Source of the DNA: Verrucomicrobiia bacterium
GTDB taxonomy: Bacteria > Verrucomicrobiota > Verrucomicrobiia > Palsa-1439
Direction: 5' to 3'
DNA length: 64,000 nt
Assembly (NCBI GenBank): GCA_035501175.1
Contig: DATJWQ010000058.1
Location: 213 to 64,212, forward strand
The position numbers and the translations under genes are program-made. Positions 9,152 to 18,851 of the stretch are shown here, piece after piece. The notes beneath the pieces were generated by a model, which was given only the letters and a program-made list of their open reading frames with translations, was not told the origin of the DNA and did no database searches. Position 1 is the stretch's first letter; each line of letters opens with the position of its first letter.

Positions 9152-10176
9152 TTGTCTCGCTCGATTACCGCCAACAGTTCCGCCAGCGCGTAATACATCC
9201 ACGCTTGCGTCCACCGCATGTAACTCAATCGATTGATTCCACGGCGCCCGCGTTGATACCAGAAGAATCCCCGATTGTCCCACATGTTTTCCACCGCCCA
9301 GTTGGCGACGCGCACGGCGTCGTCCACCCGTCCGAATGCCAGGAACGTCACAATCCCTTGCGCGCTGCAATGGGTATCGAACGGATACTCCTCATTGTGA
9401 TAGTAGCGCGGCGCGCCATCCGTCCGCCAGAACGTCTTCTCCCAAAACGCAAACCCGCGCTCGGCGCTCCCGGCAAAATCAGGGTCGCCCGTCTTCGCTT
9501 CGTATTCCTTCAGCGCCACGAGGCTGTAGCCGGTGTGAAAATTGTCGATCCAATGCTGGTTCTCTGACTCGCCGTACCACCACGAACCATCCGCCCGCTG
9601 ACGCTTCACCGAAAATTCCATGCAATCCTTCCGACCCAGCAGCGCCGCCCCCACCATGTTCACGTTGTGCACCTGCGTGTCGGAATGCGCGATGTACTTC
9701 AGCCACCGTTCACCGTTCCGTTCGCACAACAAATCTCGTTCGAGAAAACTCACGTCGCAGGGCCGATTTATCCGCTCGTACGCCCGCGCCGCAAACGCCG
9801 TGCAAATCAGATTCGGCGTGCCGCGCGGCGCATAAAACGCGCGCGATTGCCACGCAAATGGATACGCCCATCCGCCTTCCGGCCCGCGCAACGATTCGAG
9901 TTGATCCAGGAGCCGTTCGTCGCGGCTTCCGAGCGCCGCGAGCGCCAGCGCTTTGGGATTCAGGCTCGGACGAATTCCGCACAGTGCCCGCAGATTGACC
10001 GGGCTGCGTCGATGCAATTGGGTCCAGGCCTGCCGCGCCAGTTTTCCCGGCAACAGCCCCGCCAGCGGCGAACTCAATCCGTCGTACGGGTCGTATCCCC
10101 GCCACCCGCGCATCGTCCCGTACTCGTGCAACTTCTGCCAAATCTCACGGAGCCGTTCGCGTTCAGCCGGTTTCAT
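9148..10176 (-). CDS. Conserved hypothetical protein of polysaccharide loci, probable (alpha/alpha) toroid fold
   Basis: GYDPYDG, WAYPFAWQSR, PNLICT, VHNVN, WIDNFHTGY, DTHCSAQGI, YMRWTQAWM; coupled into the operon; start uncertain (10176, 10200 or 10227). Confidence 0.65.
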   Translation of the reverse strand: MKPAERERLREIWQKLHEYGTMRGWRGYDPYDGLSSPLAGLLPGKLARQAWTQLHRRSPVNLRALCGIRPSLNPKALALAALGSRDERLLDQLESLRGPEGGWAYPFAWQSRAFYAPRGTPNLICTAFAARAYERINRPCDVSFLERDLLCERNGERWLKYIAHSDTQVHNVNMVGAALLGRKDCMEFSVKRQRADGSWWYGESENQHWIDNFHTGYSLVALKEYEAKTGDPDFAGSAERGFAFWEKTFWRTDGAPRYYHNEEYPFDTHCSAQGIVTFLAFGRVDDAVRVANWAVENMWDNRGFFWYQRGRRGINRLSYMRWTQAWMYYALAELLAVIERDK

Positions 10177-10257
10177 CAGCAGCGGTAGTGTATCATTCAC
10201 CTCGGAGCCGGCCAATCGCCTCCGCACACGGCGTCCCGCCCAACGGGTCCGCCGTAC

Positions 10258-11049
10258 TTACTTTGCCGCTCCCACAAATTTGTCCTGCTTCCACAGTCCG
10301 CTCTCCACCTTGTCGTTGGGATATGTCATCTTGCCCGCGCCGTCCATCTTCCCGTCGCGGAATTGCCCGACGTATTTGCGGCCATCGGGCCACGTCATCG
10401 TCCCGGTGCCGTCCGGCAAATCGGTCATCCCGTTGGTCACCTTCCAGTCTCCAACGTACCGCCGCCCGTCCTTCCAGCGTATGCTCCCGCTGTTGTGGGA
10501 GCCGTCGGTGTTCCACGTGCCGTCTTCTCGGGTGCCATCCAAACCGATCAAGGTTCCGCTGACCTTGTATTCATTGCCCGCGCGCCACTCGCCTTGCTGG
10601 ATCGTTCCATTGGGCGCTGTCACCTCTCCCATCCCATCGGGTCGACCGTTCTTGAATTCCCCGCTGTACTGCCGGCCGTCCGGCGCGGTGCTGGTTCCCT
10701 GACCATTGGGCTGCCCGTCGCGAAGCTCACCGACATACTTCCTGCCGTCCGGTGACGTAATCGTGCCTTTCCCATTCGGTTGGCCATCCTTAAACTCGCT
10801 CACATACTTCGTACCATTTGGCATCGTGCTCACACCCTGGCCATTCGGCCTGCCATTCTTGAATTCACCCACGTACTCCGCGCCGCTCGGCAGGATCTCC
10901 GTCCCATGGCCCTCGGGCTTGCCGTTCTTCATTTCGCCAATGTATTTCGCCCCGTTCGGCAACGTGTTCGTGACCTGCCCGAGGCACGTGCCAACAAGCA
11001 CGGACGCCGCAGAAATTGTCGAAAGCAACCACGCGAATCTGTTTATCAT
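10258..11049 (-). CDS. Exported MORN-repeat protein
   Basis: Signal peptide, then repeated (K/E)Y(V/I/S)GE(F/M/L)(K/R)(N/D)GxPxGxG units; AGGAG RBS before ATG 11049. Confidence 0.88.
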   Translation of the reverse strand: MINRFAWLLSTISAASVLVGTCLGQVTNTLPNGAKYIGEMKNGKPEGHGTEILPSGAEYVGEFKNGRPNGQGVSTMPNGTKYVSEFKDGQPNGKGTITSPDGRKYVGELRDGQPNGQGTSTAPDGRQYSGEFKNGRPDGMGEVTAPNGTIQQGEWRAGNEYKVSGTLIGLDGTREDGTWNTDGSHNSGSIRWKDGRRYVGDWKVTNGMTDLPDGTGTMTWPDGRKYVGQFRDGKMDGAGKMTYPNDKVESGLWKQDKFVGAAK

Positions 11050-11067
11050 GTTGTCTCCTGACACCCG

Positions 11068-13143
11068 TTACAATTCAATCGCCCGTCCTGTCCGAATCGA
11101 TTCCACCACTGCCAGCGTCGCCCGCGTGCTGTCCACGATTTCCTCCAGCGGAATCGGCATCGGCCCGCCAGTTTTGACCGCGTGCACAAACTGCCTCACT
11201 TCTTCCGCCTGGCCCTTGTCGCGAAAATCGTCCACCACCACATGCCGGCCGCCACCAAACGCTTCGAAGTGTTCCTTGCCCAGCGACGCATCCGCGACGT
11301 CAAAGTAATCGATCGATCCCACCGATCCGTCGGCGAACCGAATCGCCACCTGGACGTTCTCGCCGCCGAATCCCTGCGCGAAGACCGACACGATTCGGGA
11401 CCGGGCGGCGAACCGCAGGAAATCGATAAAATGGCACGCTTCCGCAAGAATGCGCCCGCCGCCCGCCTCGGGGTCGTTGATCCAATGATCCGCCGGCAGC
11501 GGCTGCACGCTGACGCGATATCGCATCACCAGGGGCCCGGCCAATTCCCGCGCCTTCGCCGCAAACGGAGCAAAGCGTCGATTGAACCCCACCATCAACC
11601 GCCAATTCCCGCTCTTCTGGATTGCCTCGGCAATTCCATCAAGCTCTTCCCGGCGCAGACACAGCGGCTTTTCGCAGAATACCGCCTTCCCGGCCCGCAA
11701 CGCTTCGACAACGATCCTGGCGTGCAAATCGTGCCGCGTCGCAATCACCACGGTGTTGATCGTTTTGTCCGCCAGTACATCCCGCCAATTGGTCGTGCTC
11801 GTTTCAAATCCAAATTTGTCCTTCGCCTTTTCCGCCTTCACCCCGGTCGCCGTGCACACTGTCCGCAACGTCACGTCCCCATTCGTTCTGAACTGGGGCA
11901 ACAATACACCTTGCGCGTAATGCCCCGCCCCGATCACGCCCACGCTTACCGGGGACGACGCCCGGCCTACCGACGATCGCTGCAGGGTCGCCACTGATTG
12001 CGTCGCGCCGCCCTTGCTCTCGGGATACTGCAGCAATACACCGACAAATCGTTGCTCGGTCTTCCCCGTAATCAATTCGTATGCCTTGGCCGCGTCCTGA
12101 ATCGGAAACGTGTGCGTCATTAATGGCGCAACGTCCACGCGCCGGCCCGCCAGCAACTGAACGAACGCCTCCATGTTCCGCTGCTCCGTCCAGCGCACGT
12201 ACCCAATCGGATAATCCACACCCTTCTCTTCGTACAGCGGATCGTAGCGGCCCGGGCCGTAACTGCGGGACAACCGGAACTCGAGTTCCTTCTCGTAAAA
12301 CATATCGCGCGGAAGCTCCATCCCTGTCACGCCCACCATCACCACCCGCCCGCGCTCCCGACAAATCTTCGCGGCCAACTCGATGGGGTCATTCGTCGGC
12401 GCCGCGGCGGTGATGATCGCCGCATCCACACCGAACTCATTCGTCAATCGCGCCGCCAACCGCTCAACATCACCGCTCGTCCGCGTCGCCACCGCGTCGC
12501 ACCCGCAGCGCTTCGCCAGTTCGCACGCCTCGGCGCTGACGTCGACCCCCAATACCACGCAACCCGCCGCCTTCGCAATCTGCACGGTCAATTGTCCGAC
12601 CAAACCCAGACCGATCACCGCAACAGATTCACCAAGACGCACGTCCGCCTGCCGCACACCTTGCATCGCAATCGCACCCAGGGTCGTAAATGCCGCGTGT
12701 TCCAACGGCACGCCGTCCGGCACCCTGGCGCAAAGATTCTGCGGAACCACCACCTCCTCGGCATGGCTCGCGTAATCCTGTCCGCCGCAGGCCACGCGGT
12801 CGCCGACGGACAACCCCGTTACGCCTTCGCCAACCTCGACGATCGTCCCCGCGCATGAGTAACCGAGCGCTTTCCATTGATCGAGGCGCGACTGGACCTT
12901 CCGCACCGCGGCGGAAATCCCTTCGCGTTTCACCGTGTCGAGAACGCGCCTGACCAGATCGGGTCGCGACCGCGCCTTGCCGACGAGCGATTGCTGCGCG
13001 AGACTGACCGTGGCGCGCTCCGTCCCCGCGCTGACCAGGGAGAACGCGTTGCGCACACGCACACTGCCCGGCGCCAGCGCCGGTGACGGCACATCCACCA
13101 GCTTGATGTCACCGGTCTTGAAGTCCTGGACGAGTTGTTTCAC
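11068..13143 (-). CDS. Bi-domain oxidoreductase (Zn-ADH/MDR fused to Gfo/Idh/MocA)
   Basis: SAGTE, GYSCAG, IGLGLVG, SRSYGPGRYD in the N-domain; IGAGHYA, ATRHDLH, CEKPL, VGFNRRF in the C-domain. Confidence 0.9.
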   Translation of the reverse strand: MKQLVQDFKTGDIKLVDVPSPALAPGSVRVRNAFSLVSAGTERATVSLAQQSLVGKARSRPDLVRRVLDTVKREGISAAVRKVQSRLDQWKALGYSCAGTIVEVGEGVTGLSVGDRVACGGQDYASHAEEVVVPQNLCARVPDGVPLEHAAFTTLGAIAMQGVRQADVRLGESVAVIGLGLVGQLTVQIAKAAGCVVLGVDVSAEACELAKRCGCDAVATRTSGDVERLAARLTNEFGVDAAIITAAAPTNDPIELAAKICRERGRVVMVGVTGMELPRDMFYEKELEFRLSRSYGPGRYDPLYEEKGVDYPIGYVRWTEQRNMEAFVQLLAGRRVDVAPLMTHTFPIQDAAKAYELITGKTEQRFVGVLLQYPESKGGATQSVATLQRSSVGRASSPVSVGVIGAGHYAQGVLLPQFRTNGDVTLRTVCTATGVKAEKAKDKFGFETSTTNWRDVLADKTINTVVIATRHDLHARIVVEALRAGKAVFCEKPLCLRREELDGIAEAIQKSGNWRLMVGFNRRFAPFAAKARELAGPLVMRYRVSVQPLPADHWINDPEAGGGRILAEACHFIDFLRFAARSRIVSVFAQGFGGENVQVAIRFADGSVGSIDYFDVADASLGKEHFEAFGGGRHVVVDDFRDKGQAEEVRQFVHAVKTGGPMPIPLEEIVDSTRATLAVVESIRTGRAIEL

Positions 13144-14237
13144 GGTTCCAACAGTCCTTTGGCGCGAAGTTCCTGCACGATCCCCAGAAAACGCCTGGCT
13201 TGCTCGGTATTGCCAACGGTCACGCGCAGCAAGCCTTTCATCTGCGGCACCGCATCCTTGTTGCTCACGTACACCCGGCGCGCGGCCAGCACTTTCACAG
13301 CCTGCGCCGGATCATGCACCTGCCAGAGAATGAAATTGGTCGAGGTGTTGTAAACGCCAAATCCAAGCTCCTTCAACCCTTCCACGATTTCACCTCGCGC
13401 GTTGGCGCATTCCGCCACGGTCCGTCGCATGTAATCAAGGTCGCTCAGCGCCGCATGCGCGGCAATTTGCGTCAAACCGCTGACCGCCCACGGCGCCAGC
13501 ACGCGCTGGAGAATCTCTCGCACCGCCGGCTGGGCCACGACGTAGCCGCATCGCATCCCGGCCAGCGAGAACGCCTTGGAAAACGAGCGCAGCACCATCA
13601 GGGTCGGGTGTTCTACAATCAATCCCACGCTGCTGTGGCCATAGTATTCGACGTACGCTTCGTCCAACACGATGAGGGAATCCCGCCTCTCCTTCAACAG
13701 GGAGACAATTCGCTCCTGCGGATAACCAACGCCCGTCGGGTTGTTGGGGTTGGTCAGATAGGTCAGCTTGCGCGTTCCGTCCTTGGCGAGCAGCTCCGTG
13801 AAATCGGGCTCGAACGGTTTGCTGAATAGGAACGGCTCGATCCGCGCCTGCTGTAGTTTGCATTGCACCGCGAACACCGCGTACGCCGGCGACACAATCT
13901 GCACCGGGTCGTCCTTCGCCAGGAACGCGCGCGCAATCAGCTCCATGACCATGTTGGAGCCGTTGGCGACGAGCACGAATTCCGCCGGCACGTTCAGATA
14001 CTGCCCGATGGCTTTCCGCAATGCCGTGCACTCACTGTCGGGATACCAGTTCAGCGATACGTCGCCATCGACCGCCGCGCGCAGGGCCGCCATCACTCGC
14101 GGCGACGGGGGCGTCTGGCATTCGTTCAGGTCCATCTTCAGCACGTCCGGACCACCGGCCACCGGCTCGACCGCATGATAACCGTCCATGGCCGCCACGT
14201 GCGGTGGCACCCACTGATTGATCGGAAAATCGCTCAT
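13140..14237 (-). CDS. Histidinol-phosphate aminotransferase-like PLP enzyme (HisC/CobD family)
   Basis: DLNE, WYPD, NGS, NPNNPTG, DEAYVEY, RSFSKAFSLAGMRCGY; ATG 14237 overlaps the PHP stop (ATGA). Confidence 0.85.
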   Translation of the reverse strand: MSDFPINQWVPPHVAAMDGYHAVEPVAGGPDVLKMDLNECQTPPSPRVMAALRAAVDGDVSLNWYPDSECTALRKAIGQYLNVPAEFVLVANGSNMVMELIARAFLAKDDPVQIVSPAYAVFAVQCKLQQARIEPFLFSKPFEPDFTELLAKDGTRKLTYLTNPNNPTGVGYPQERIVSLLKERRDSLIVLDEAYVEYYGHSSVGLIVEHPTLMVLRSFSKAFSLAGMRCGYVVAQPAVREILQRVLAPWAVSGLTQIAAHAALSDLDYMRRTVAECANARGEIVEGLKELGFGVYNTSTNFILWQVHDPAQAVKVLAARRVYVSNKDAVPQMKGLLRVTVGNTEQARRFLGIVQELRAKGLLEP

Positions 14238-15001
14238 CCCGGGAATTCTTTCCGTACCGGCTCGTGCGACTGGCGTTCGATTTGACGCTGCACGCGCAGC
14301 CAGTTTACCTTTTTGGCGCAATTGCGCAATGTTTTCGGGAGCAGTTTGCGCACCCGCGGAGCCGTGTTGGCGCGAAAGGCCGAATCGGCGGCATGCAGCG
14401 CCGTCAGGTCCTGCGCCGGCCCGAACAACTTCCGCGCCGCCCGACGCAGCACCTCCGTCGTCAGCTCGCCGGAAACCTCCGGGAATTCCACACATGCCCG
14501 CCCCACATCCACCGCATAATGCGCATCGCTGCCTGCCAGCGCCGCCAGGCCACACTCGCGCGCCAGTCGTGCTGCCGACTCGTTGCGCTCCGTCGGCTCG
14601 TACCCGTTGCAAACTTCAACGGCATCCACCTTCCGCAGCAGTTCCTCATCGATACCTTCCCGTAATAATCCCGATATCGGATTGAATGGATGCGGCAACA
14701 CCACGAAACCCTGTTGCGCGCGAATCTCATCGATTGCTTCCGGCAAAGTGCGCGACGCAATCTTCCGCTCCAAAAACAAGCCGATCAAGTGAGCCCCACC
14801 TCTCAGTGAAATCTCCGTGCCGACAATGACTGCCATGCCGAGGCTCTTCTCTCGCGCGCGCAACGCACCCTCGATCTCGTCGTGGTCCGTGATCGCCATG
14901 TGGGTCAAGCCGCGTCGGGAGGCCTGTTCGAGCACCGCGTCCACCGCTGCAAAACTGTCGTGTGAGTGACACGTATGGCAATGGAGGTCGGCGCGGATCA
15001 T
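14234..15001 (-). CDS. PHP-domain phosphoesterase
   Basis: DLHCHTCHSHDS, ITDHD, GTEIS, HLIG, PHPF, EVCNG, GSDAH. Confidence 0.88.
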   Translation of the reverse strand: MIRADLHCHTCHSHDSFAAVDAVLEQASRRGLTHMAITDHDEIEGALRAREKSLGMAVIVGTEISLRGGAHLIGLFLERKIASRTLPEAIDEIRAQQGFVVLPHPFNPISGLLREGIDEELLRKVDAVEVCNGYEPTERNESAARLARECGLAALAGSDAHYAVDVGRACVEFPEVSGELTTEVLRRAARKLFGPAQDLTALHAADSAFRANTAPRVRKLLPKTLRNCAKKVNWLRVQRQIERQSHEPVRKEFPG

Positions 15002-16320
15002 CGTTTCACCAGCGACACCACGTTGCGAATCTTGCCGCTCGGCTCGGGTTGAATATGGTCGACCAACTCAAAATCAATCTGCACGCCGCTGCCAAGAAAA
15101 CGCGCCAGCTTGCTCCGTAACTCGTCGGTCTCTTCACCGTTGAACGGGCGGGTCGGCACGAGACGCACCACGACGCTGTTCGGCTCGGTTTGCACGACCT
15201 GGAACTGGCGCACTTTTTCATACGTCTCGAACAACGTGTAAAAGCGTACCGAGGGAACGTATTTCTGTTCGCCCGTGACAATCGTGTCGTTGACGCGTCC
15301 GAGGATTCCCGCGATGCAGGGCAGACCCCGCCCACACTCACAGGGCTTTTCGGCCGGCAACGCCAGATCTCCCATGTCATATCGAATGAGGGGCATTGCG
15401 TGATTGATCAATCCCGTGCCGACCATTCGCTGGCCGGCCTCGCGTGCGCCGTCGGCCAATGGGACCAATTCAAGAATCCCGCTTTCCCCATTGATGTGAA
15501 ACTCACCGCGCTGTTCGCACTGGCAGGCAGTGACAACCCGCTCGTTGCCACCCCACCAGTCGTACACGGAGCACTGCAGCACCCGCTCGATGACCGACCG
15601 CATCTCCGGCGAGAGCGTCTCGCTGGAGGTCAGCACGGAGCGCGGCGCGTGCACGCGCAGGCCTTCGCTGGCGGCAAACTGCGCGAAAATATAGATCGAC
15701 GAGGGATAGCCGCGAACGAACTCGGGCCGGTAGCGGTTGAATTGCTCCACGTACGCGCGCAGGTTCGCCGGCTTCATGTCGTACACACTGAAAAACAGCG
15801 TCCGGGTGCGATGATCCAGATGCCACAGCGGATCGGTCTCGCGCTTGGGAATATAATGGCGGAACGCGACGATGCGCGACCCGGTGCGATACCCGGCCCA
15901 TCGCCAGAACCGGATCGAATGCGCCATCTCGCAGGCCTTCTGCTCTGCCGTGAGGTAGAATCGCAACGGCTCGCCTGTCGATCCGCTCGTGTGGTCCTCA
16001 ATCAGGCGGCTCTGATCGGCATAGCGATGGAGGAACTGTTCGGGATTCTCCCGCAATTGTTGCTTTTCCAATATGGGCAGTCGGGCGAGATCGGACAAAT
16101 CCTGGAAATCGTCCGGCGTCGCGCCGAGCTTCTGGAATAACGCCCGGTAATATGGGACGTGCTCGTAAACGTCGCGCAACAGCCAGCGCATCTGAGCCAC
16201 TTGCCGCGCGCGGAATTCACTCGCGGAGAGCCACTGGGTCCGGCGCATCTCGCGGTAGTAGCGCCAACAGCCATGCAAATAGCGCCGGACCACTCCGGGT
16301 TGTGCGCGAGAGGCCATCAT
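14998..16320 (-). CDS. Phenylacetate-CoA ligase-family (CapK-like) adenylating enzyme
   Basis: VPYYRALF, LPILEKQQLR, TSGSTGEP, GYPSS, MPLIRYDMGD, ILGRVND; start set at ATG 16320. Confidence 0.85.
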   Translation of the reverse strand: MMASRAQPGVVRRYLHGCWRYYREMRRTQWLSASEFRARQVAQMRWLLRDVYEHVPYYRALFQKLGATPDDFQDLSDLARLPILEKQQLRENPEQFLHRYADQSRLIEDHTSGSTGEPLRFYLTAEQKACEMAHSIRFWRWAGYRTGSRIVAFRHYIPKRETDPLWHLDHRTRTLFFSVYDMKPANLRAYVEQFNRYRPEFVRGYPSSIYIFAQFAASEGLRVHAPRSVLTSSETLSPEMRSVIERVLQCSVYDWWGGNERVVTACQCEQRGEFHINGESGILELVPLADGAREAGQRMVGTGLINHAMPLIRYDMGDLALPAEKPCECGRGLPCIAGILGRVNDTIVTGEQKYVPSVRFYTLFETYEKVRQFQVVQTEPNSVVVRLVPTRPFNGEETDELRSKLARFLGSGVQIDFELVDHIQPEPSGKIRNVVSLVKR

Positions 16321-16346
16321 GATTGTAATCTTGCCGGCGTCTCCGT

Positions 16347-17876
16347 TTAATAGGCCCCGCGACCGCGTGCCACCACCGAGATCGTCCGGGCAATCAGATA
16401 CAAATCCAGCCATACCGACCAATTACGAATGTAGTAGGTATCCAACCGCTGCTGGACTTCGATGTCACCCTCGCTCCGGGCACTGACCTGCCAGAGCCCT
16501 GTGACTCCCGGCAGCACCCGGTGCCGGAGTTCCCGGAATTTTGCGTCAAACGCCTGCAAATGATAATCCGGGAACGGACGCGGCCCCACCAGGCTCATCT
16601 GACCCCGGATCACATTCCATAATTGGGGAAGTTCATCGAGACTGAACTTGCGGAAGAACTTCCCTACAAACGGCAGAATCCGCGGGTCGTTCTTCAATTT
16701 GAAATAGCGCTGCCATTCGTTGCGCGCTTCGGGGTCGCGCTCCAGGAGCTCGGCCAGCCGCCGGTCGGCATCCAGGTACATCGTGCGCAACTTCCAAATA
16801 CGGATGCGACGGCCACCAAGCCCTTCTCGTTCCTGGCCATAGAACGGATTTCCGGGACTAACCAGCTGAATCCAGGCCATCAGCAGCAGCAGCAGGGGTG
16901 CAAGCAAGATGATCAGCGGGATCGCCACAACAAGATCGAGAGTCCGTTTGGTCCATCGGTTCGTGGCAATCAGCAGGTTGTGTCGAATCTCCAACCCAAG
17001 AATCCCCCCCACGTCCCGCGCCACAATCCATAGGCTTGCCAGACCCGCCAGGTCCGGAATGACCATCATGTGCGGGAAACAATCGCCATACTCCTGATGA
17101 ACATCGAACATCCGTTTATTGGAACCCTCATCAAGCGCAACGATGCAATAGGGGATCTTCCGCGTCCGTCCCAACTGTTTGGCTCGATTCAATCCTCCCA
17201 GGATCGGCACGCCGTCGATCTCCGGCTCGGCCCCGGGTGTGTCAGTCAGGATCGCCACCGGTTTCAAGCCGAGTTCGGGCTGGTTTAGCAGAATATCGAT
17301 CACCCGACGGGCTGTCCTCCCTGAACCGAAAATCACCACCGACGACCCCCACCAACTTCGCCGTGAGCAGATGTTCCGCACCAGTGCGCGGCCGCAAGGC
17401 ACGAGCACCAACGCGAGGAGCCAGGCAACCCCCACAATCAAACGTGAGACGAATAGAAAACCCAGCACACTGTAGATGCCCACCACCGCGGTCAGGCACG
17501 CCCACGTTGTCCCCACCGTGATTCGCCGCAATTCCTCCACCGGTGTGAGGAAGATCCTCGCGGTGACACCCGCCCCGCGGTACAGACCCTGAATGGCGAA
17601 CGCCATGATCCAAATGAAGAGCCCGGGCCACAACCGCAGATAGCGGGGATAATCGAAGTGACCAAGGACCATAAATCTCACGAGCATGCCGGTTCCCCAG
17701 GCAACAGCCAAACTGATGAGATCGGTCATCACCAACAGGAACATCATGGCCCAGGGTCGAGTGGACCGCACCACTCGGGAAAGCACCGGAACTCGTTCCC
17801 CACTCACGGCAAGCGCCTCCGGCACACCCGCACGCTCCTCGTTTGAATTCTCCTGCACGGAAGGTGTCGCTCCCAT
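16347..17876 (-). CDS. wbaP: Undecaprenyl-phosphate hexose-1-phosphate transferase (WbaP family, priming transferase)
   Basis: N-terminal TM helices, KRTLD, KLRTM, KLKNDPRI, SLDELPQLWNV, SLVGPRP, PGVTGLWQVSAR, YIRNWSVWLD. Confidence 0.9.
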   Translation of the reverse strand: MGATPSVQENSNEERAGVPEALAVSGERVPVLSRVVRSTRPWAMMFLLVMTDLISLAVAWGTGMLVRFMVLGHFDYPRYLRLWPGLFIWIMAFAIQGLYRGAGVTARIFLTPVEELRRITVGTTWACLTAVVGIYSVLGFLFVSRLIVGVAWLLALVLVPCGRALVRNICSRRSWWGSSVVIFGSGRTARRVIDILLNQPELGLKPVAILTDTPGAEPEIDGVPILGGLNRAKQLGRTRKIPYCIVALDEGSNKRMFDVHQEYGDCFPHMMVIPDLAGLASLWIVARDVGGILGLEIRHNLLIATNRWTKRTLDLVVAIPLIILLAPLLLLLMAWIQLVSPGNPFYGQEREGLGGRRIRIWKLRTMYLDADRRLAELLERDPEARNEWQRYFKLKNDPRILPFVGKFFRKFSLDELPQLWNVIRGQMSLVGPRPFPDYHLQAFDAKFRELRHRVLPGVTGLWQVSARSEGDIEVQQRLDTYYIRNWSVWLDLYLIARTISVVARGRGAY

Positions 17877-17881
17877 AATCG

Positions 17882-18658
17882 TCAGTTCCCCACCGCCTCG
17901 CGGCGGTCAGTTCCCGAGAACAATTGCCACGCGACCAGCCACATGAACCGCGGATTGTTCTTGAAATAGCGCCGCCACAGTCGGCGCGGGTCCATGAGGA
18001 GCCGAAACAGCCATTCCAAGCCGGACCGCTGCATCCAGCGAGGCGCCTGGCGAACCCGGCCGGCGTGAAAATCAAACGCGGCACCGACCGCCACCATCAC
18101 GGCCTTCACGCGGTCCCGATGCGCCGCGACCCAATACTCCTGCTTCGGACAACCCAGCCCAACCAAAAGAATGCGTGCCCCCGACGCGTTGATGGCCTTC
18201 ACAACCGCCTCATCTTCCTCATGTGTCAGCGGCCGAAACGGCGGTGAGTAGGAGTACGCAATCTGAAGCTTGGGAAACCGCTCCTGGTAGGTCTTCCGCA
18301 ACGCATCGAGAACTTCTGCTGTCCCTCCGTACAACCCAACCGAGATGCCCGCATCTTCTGCGGCTCGCAATACGTTCAGCGTCAGGTCTGGCCCGTACAC
18401 GCGATTCTGGTCCTTGATTCCCAGTCGCCGCAGCGCCCATACCAGCGGCATGCCGTCCGGCGTCACCAGGTCCGCGCCGTTGGAGACCTTTTGAAATTCC
18501 GCTGCATCATGGCCTTCCATAACCCCGTGTACTCCGCAAACGCACACATACCGGGAATCACCCGCTTGCGCCCAGCTCACAATGCGCGCCGTCGCGTCGG
18601 CATAGCTCGTCGCGTCCACCCGCGTGCCTAAAATGAAGCGATGTTGGAGATCGGTCAT
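17882..18658 (-). CDS. WecB/TagA/CpsF (GT26) glycosyltransferase, copy 2
   Basis: TPDGMPL, RVYGPDL, YSPPFRP, GLGCPKQE, AVGAAFDF, QAPRWMQRSGLEWLFRL. Confidence 0.92.
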   Translation of the reverse strand: MTDLQHRFILGTRVDATSYADATARIVSWAQAGDSRYVCVCGVHGVMEGHDAAEFQKVSNGADLVTPDGMPLVWALRRLGIKDQNRVYGPDLTLNVLRAAEDAGISVGLYGGTAEVLDALRKTYQERFPKLQIAYSYSPPFRPLTHEEDEAVVKAINASGARILLVGLGCPKQEYWVAAHRDRVKAVMVAVGAAFDFHAGRVRQAPRWMQRSGLEWLFRLLMDPRRLWRRYFKNNPRFMWLVAWQLFSGTDRREAVGN

Positions 18659-18707
18659 CACAGCGTGTGGTACTCCGCTGTCACTCGTACCATAGGGCCT
18701 CTGGAAT

Positions 18708-18723
18708 AGCAATTGGCCTACCA
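18708..18723 (-). promoter_or_regulatory. Possible sigma54 (-24/-12) promoter for the GT26-wbaP-capK operon
   Basis: Minus strand TGGTAGGCCAATTGCT has exact GG-N10-GC spacing and TTGC, but 2 mismatches to TGGCAC. Confidence 0.3.
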
Positions 18724-18851
18724 AAGCGGAATGAAACGAGTAAACCGCAACCGGCTCTGCACGAATACGTTCCATTAATGAGACGGCCCAAATGCGGCGC
18801 CGCCAACACGATGCAGCGCAATCTACAGTCTGCTGTTCGCCAAATGCCCGC

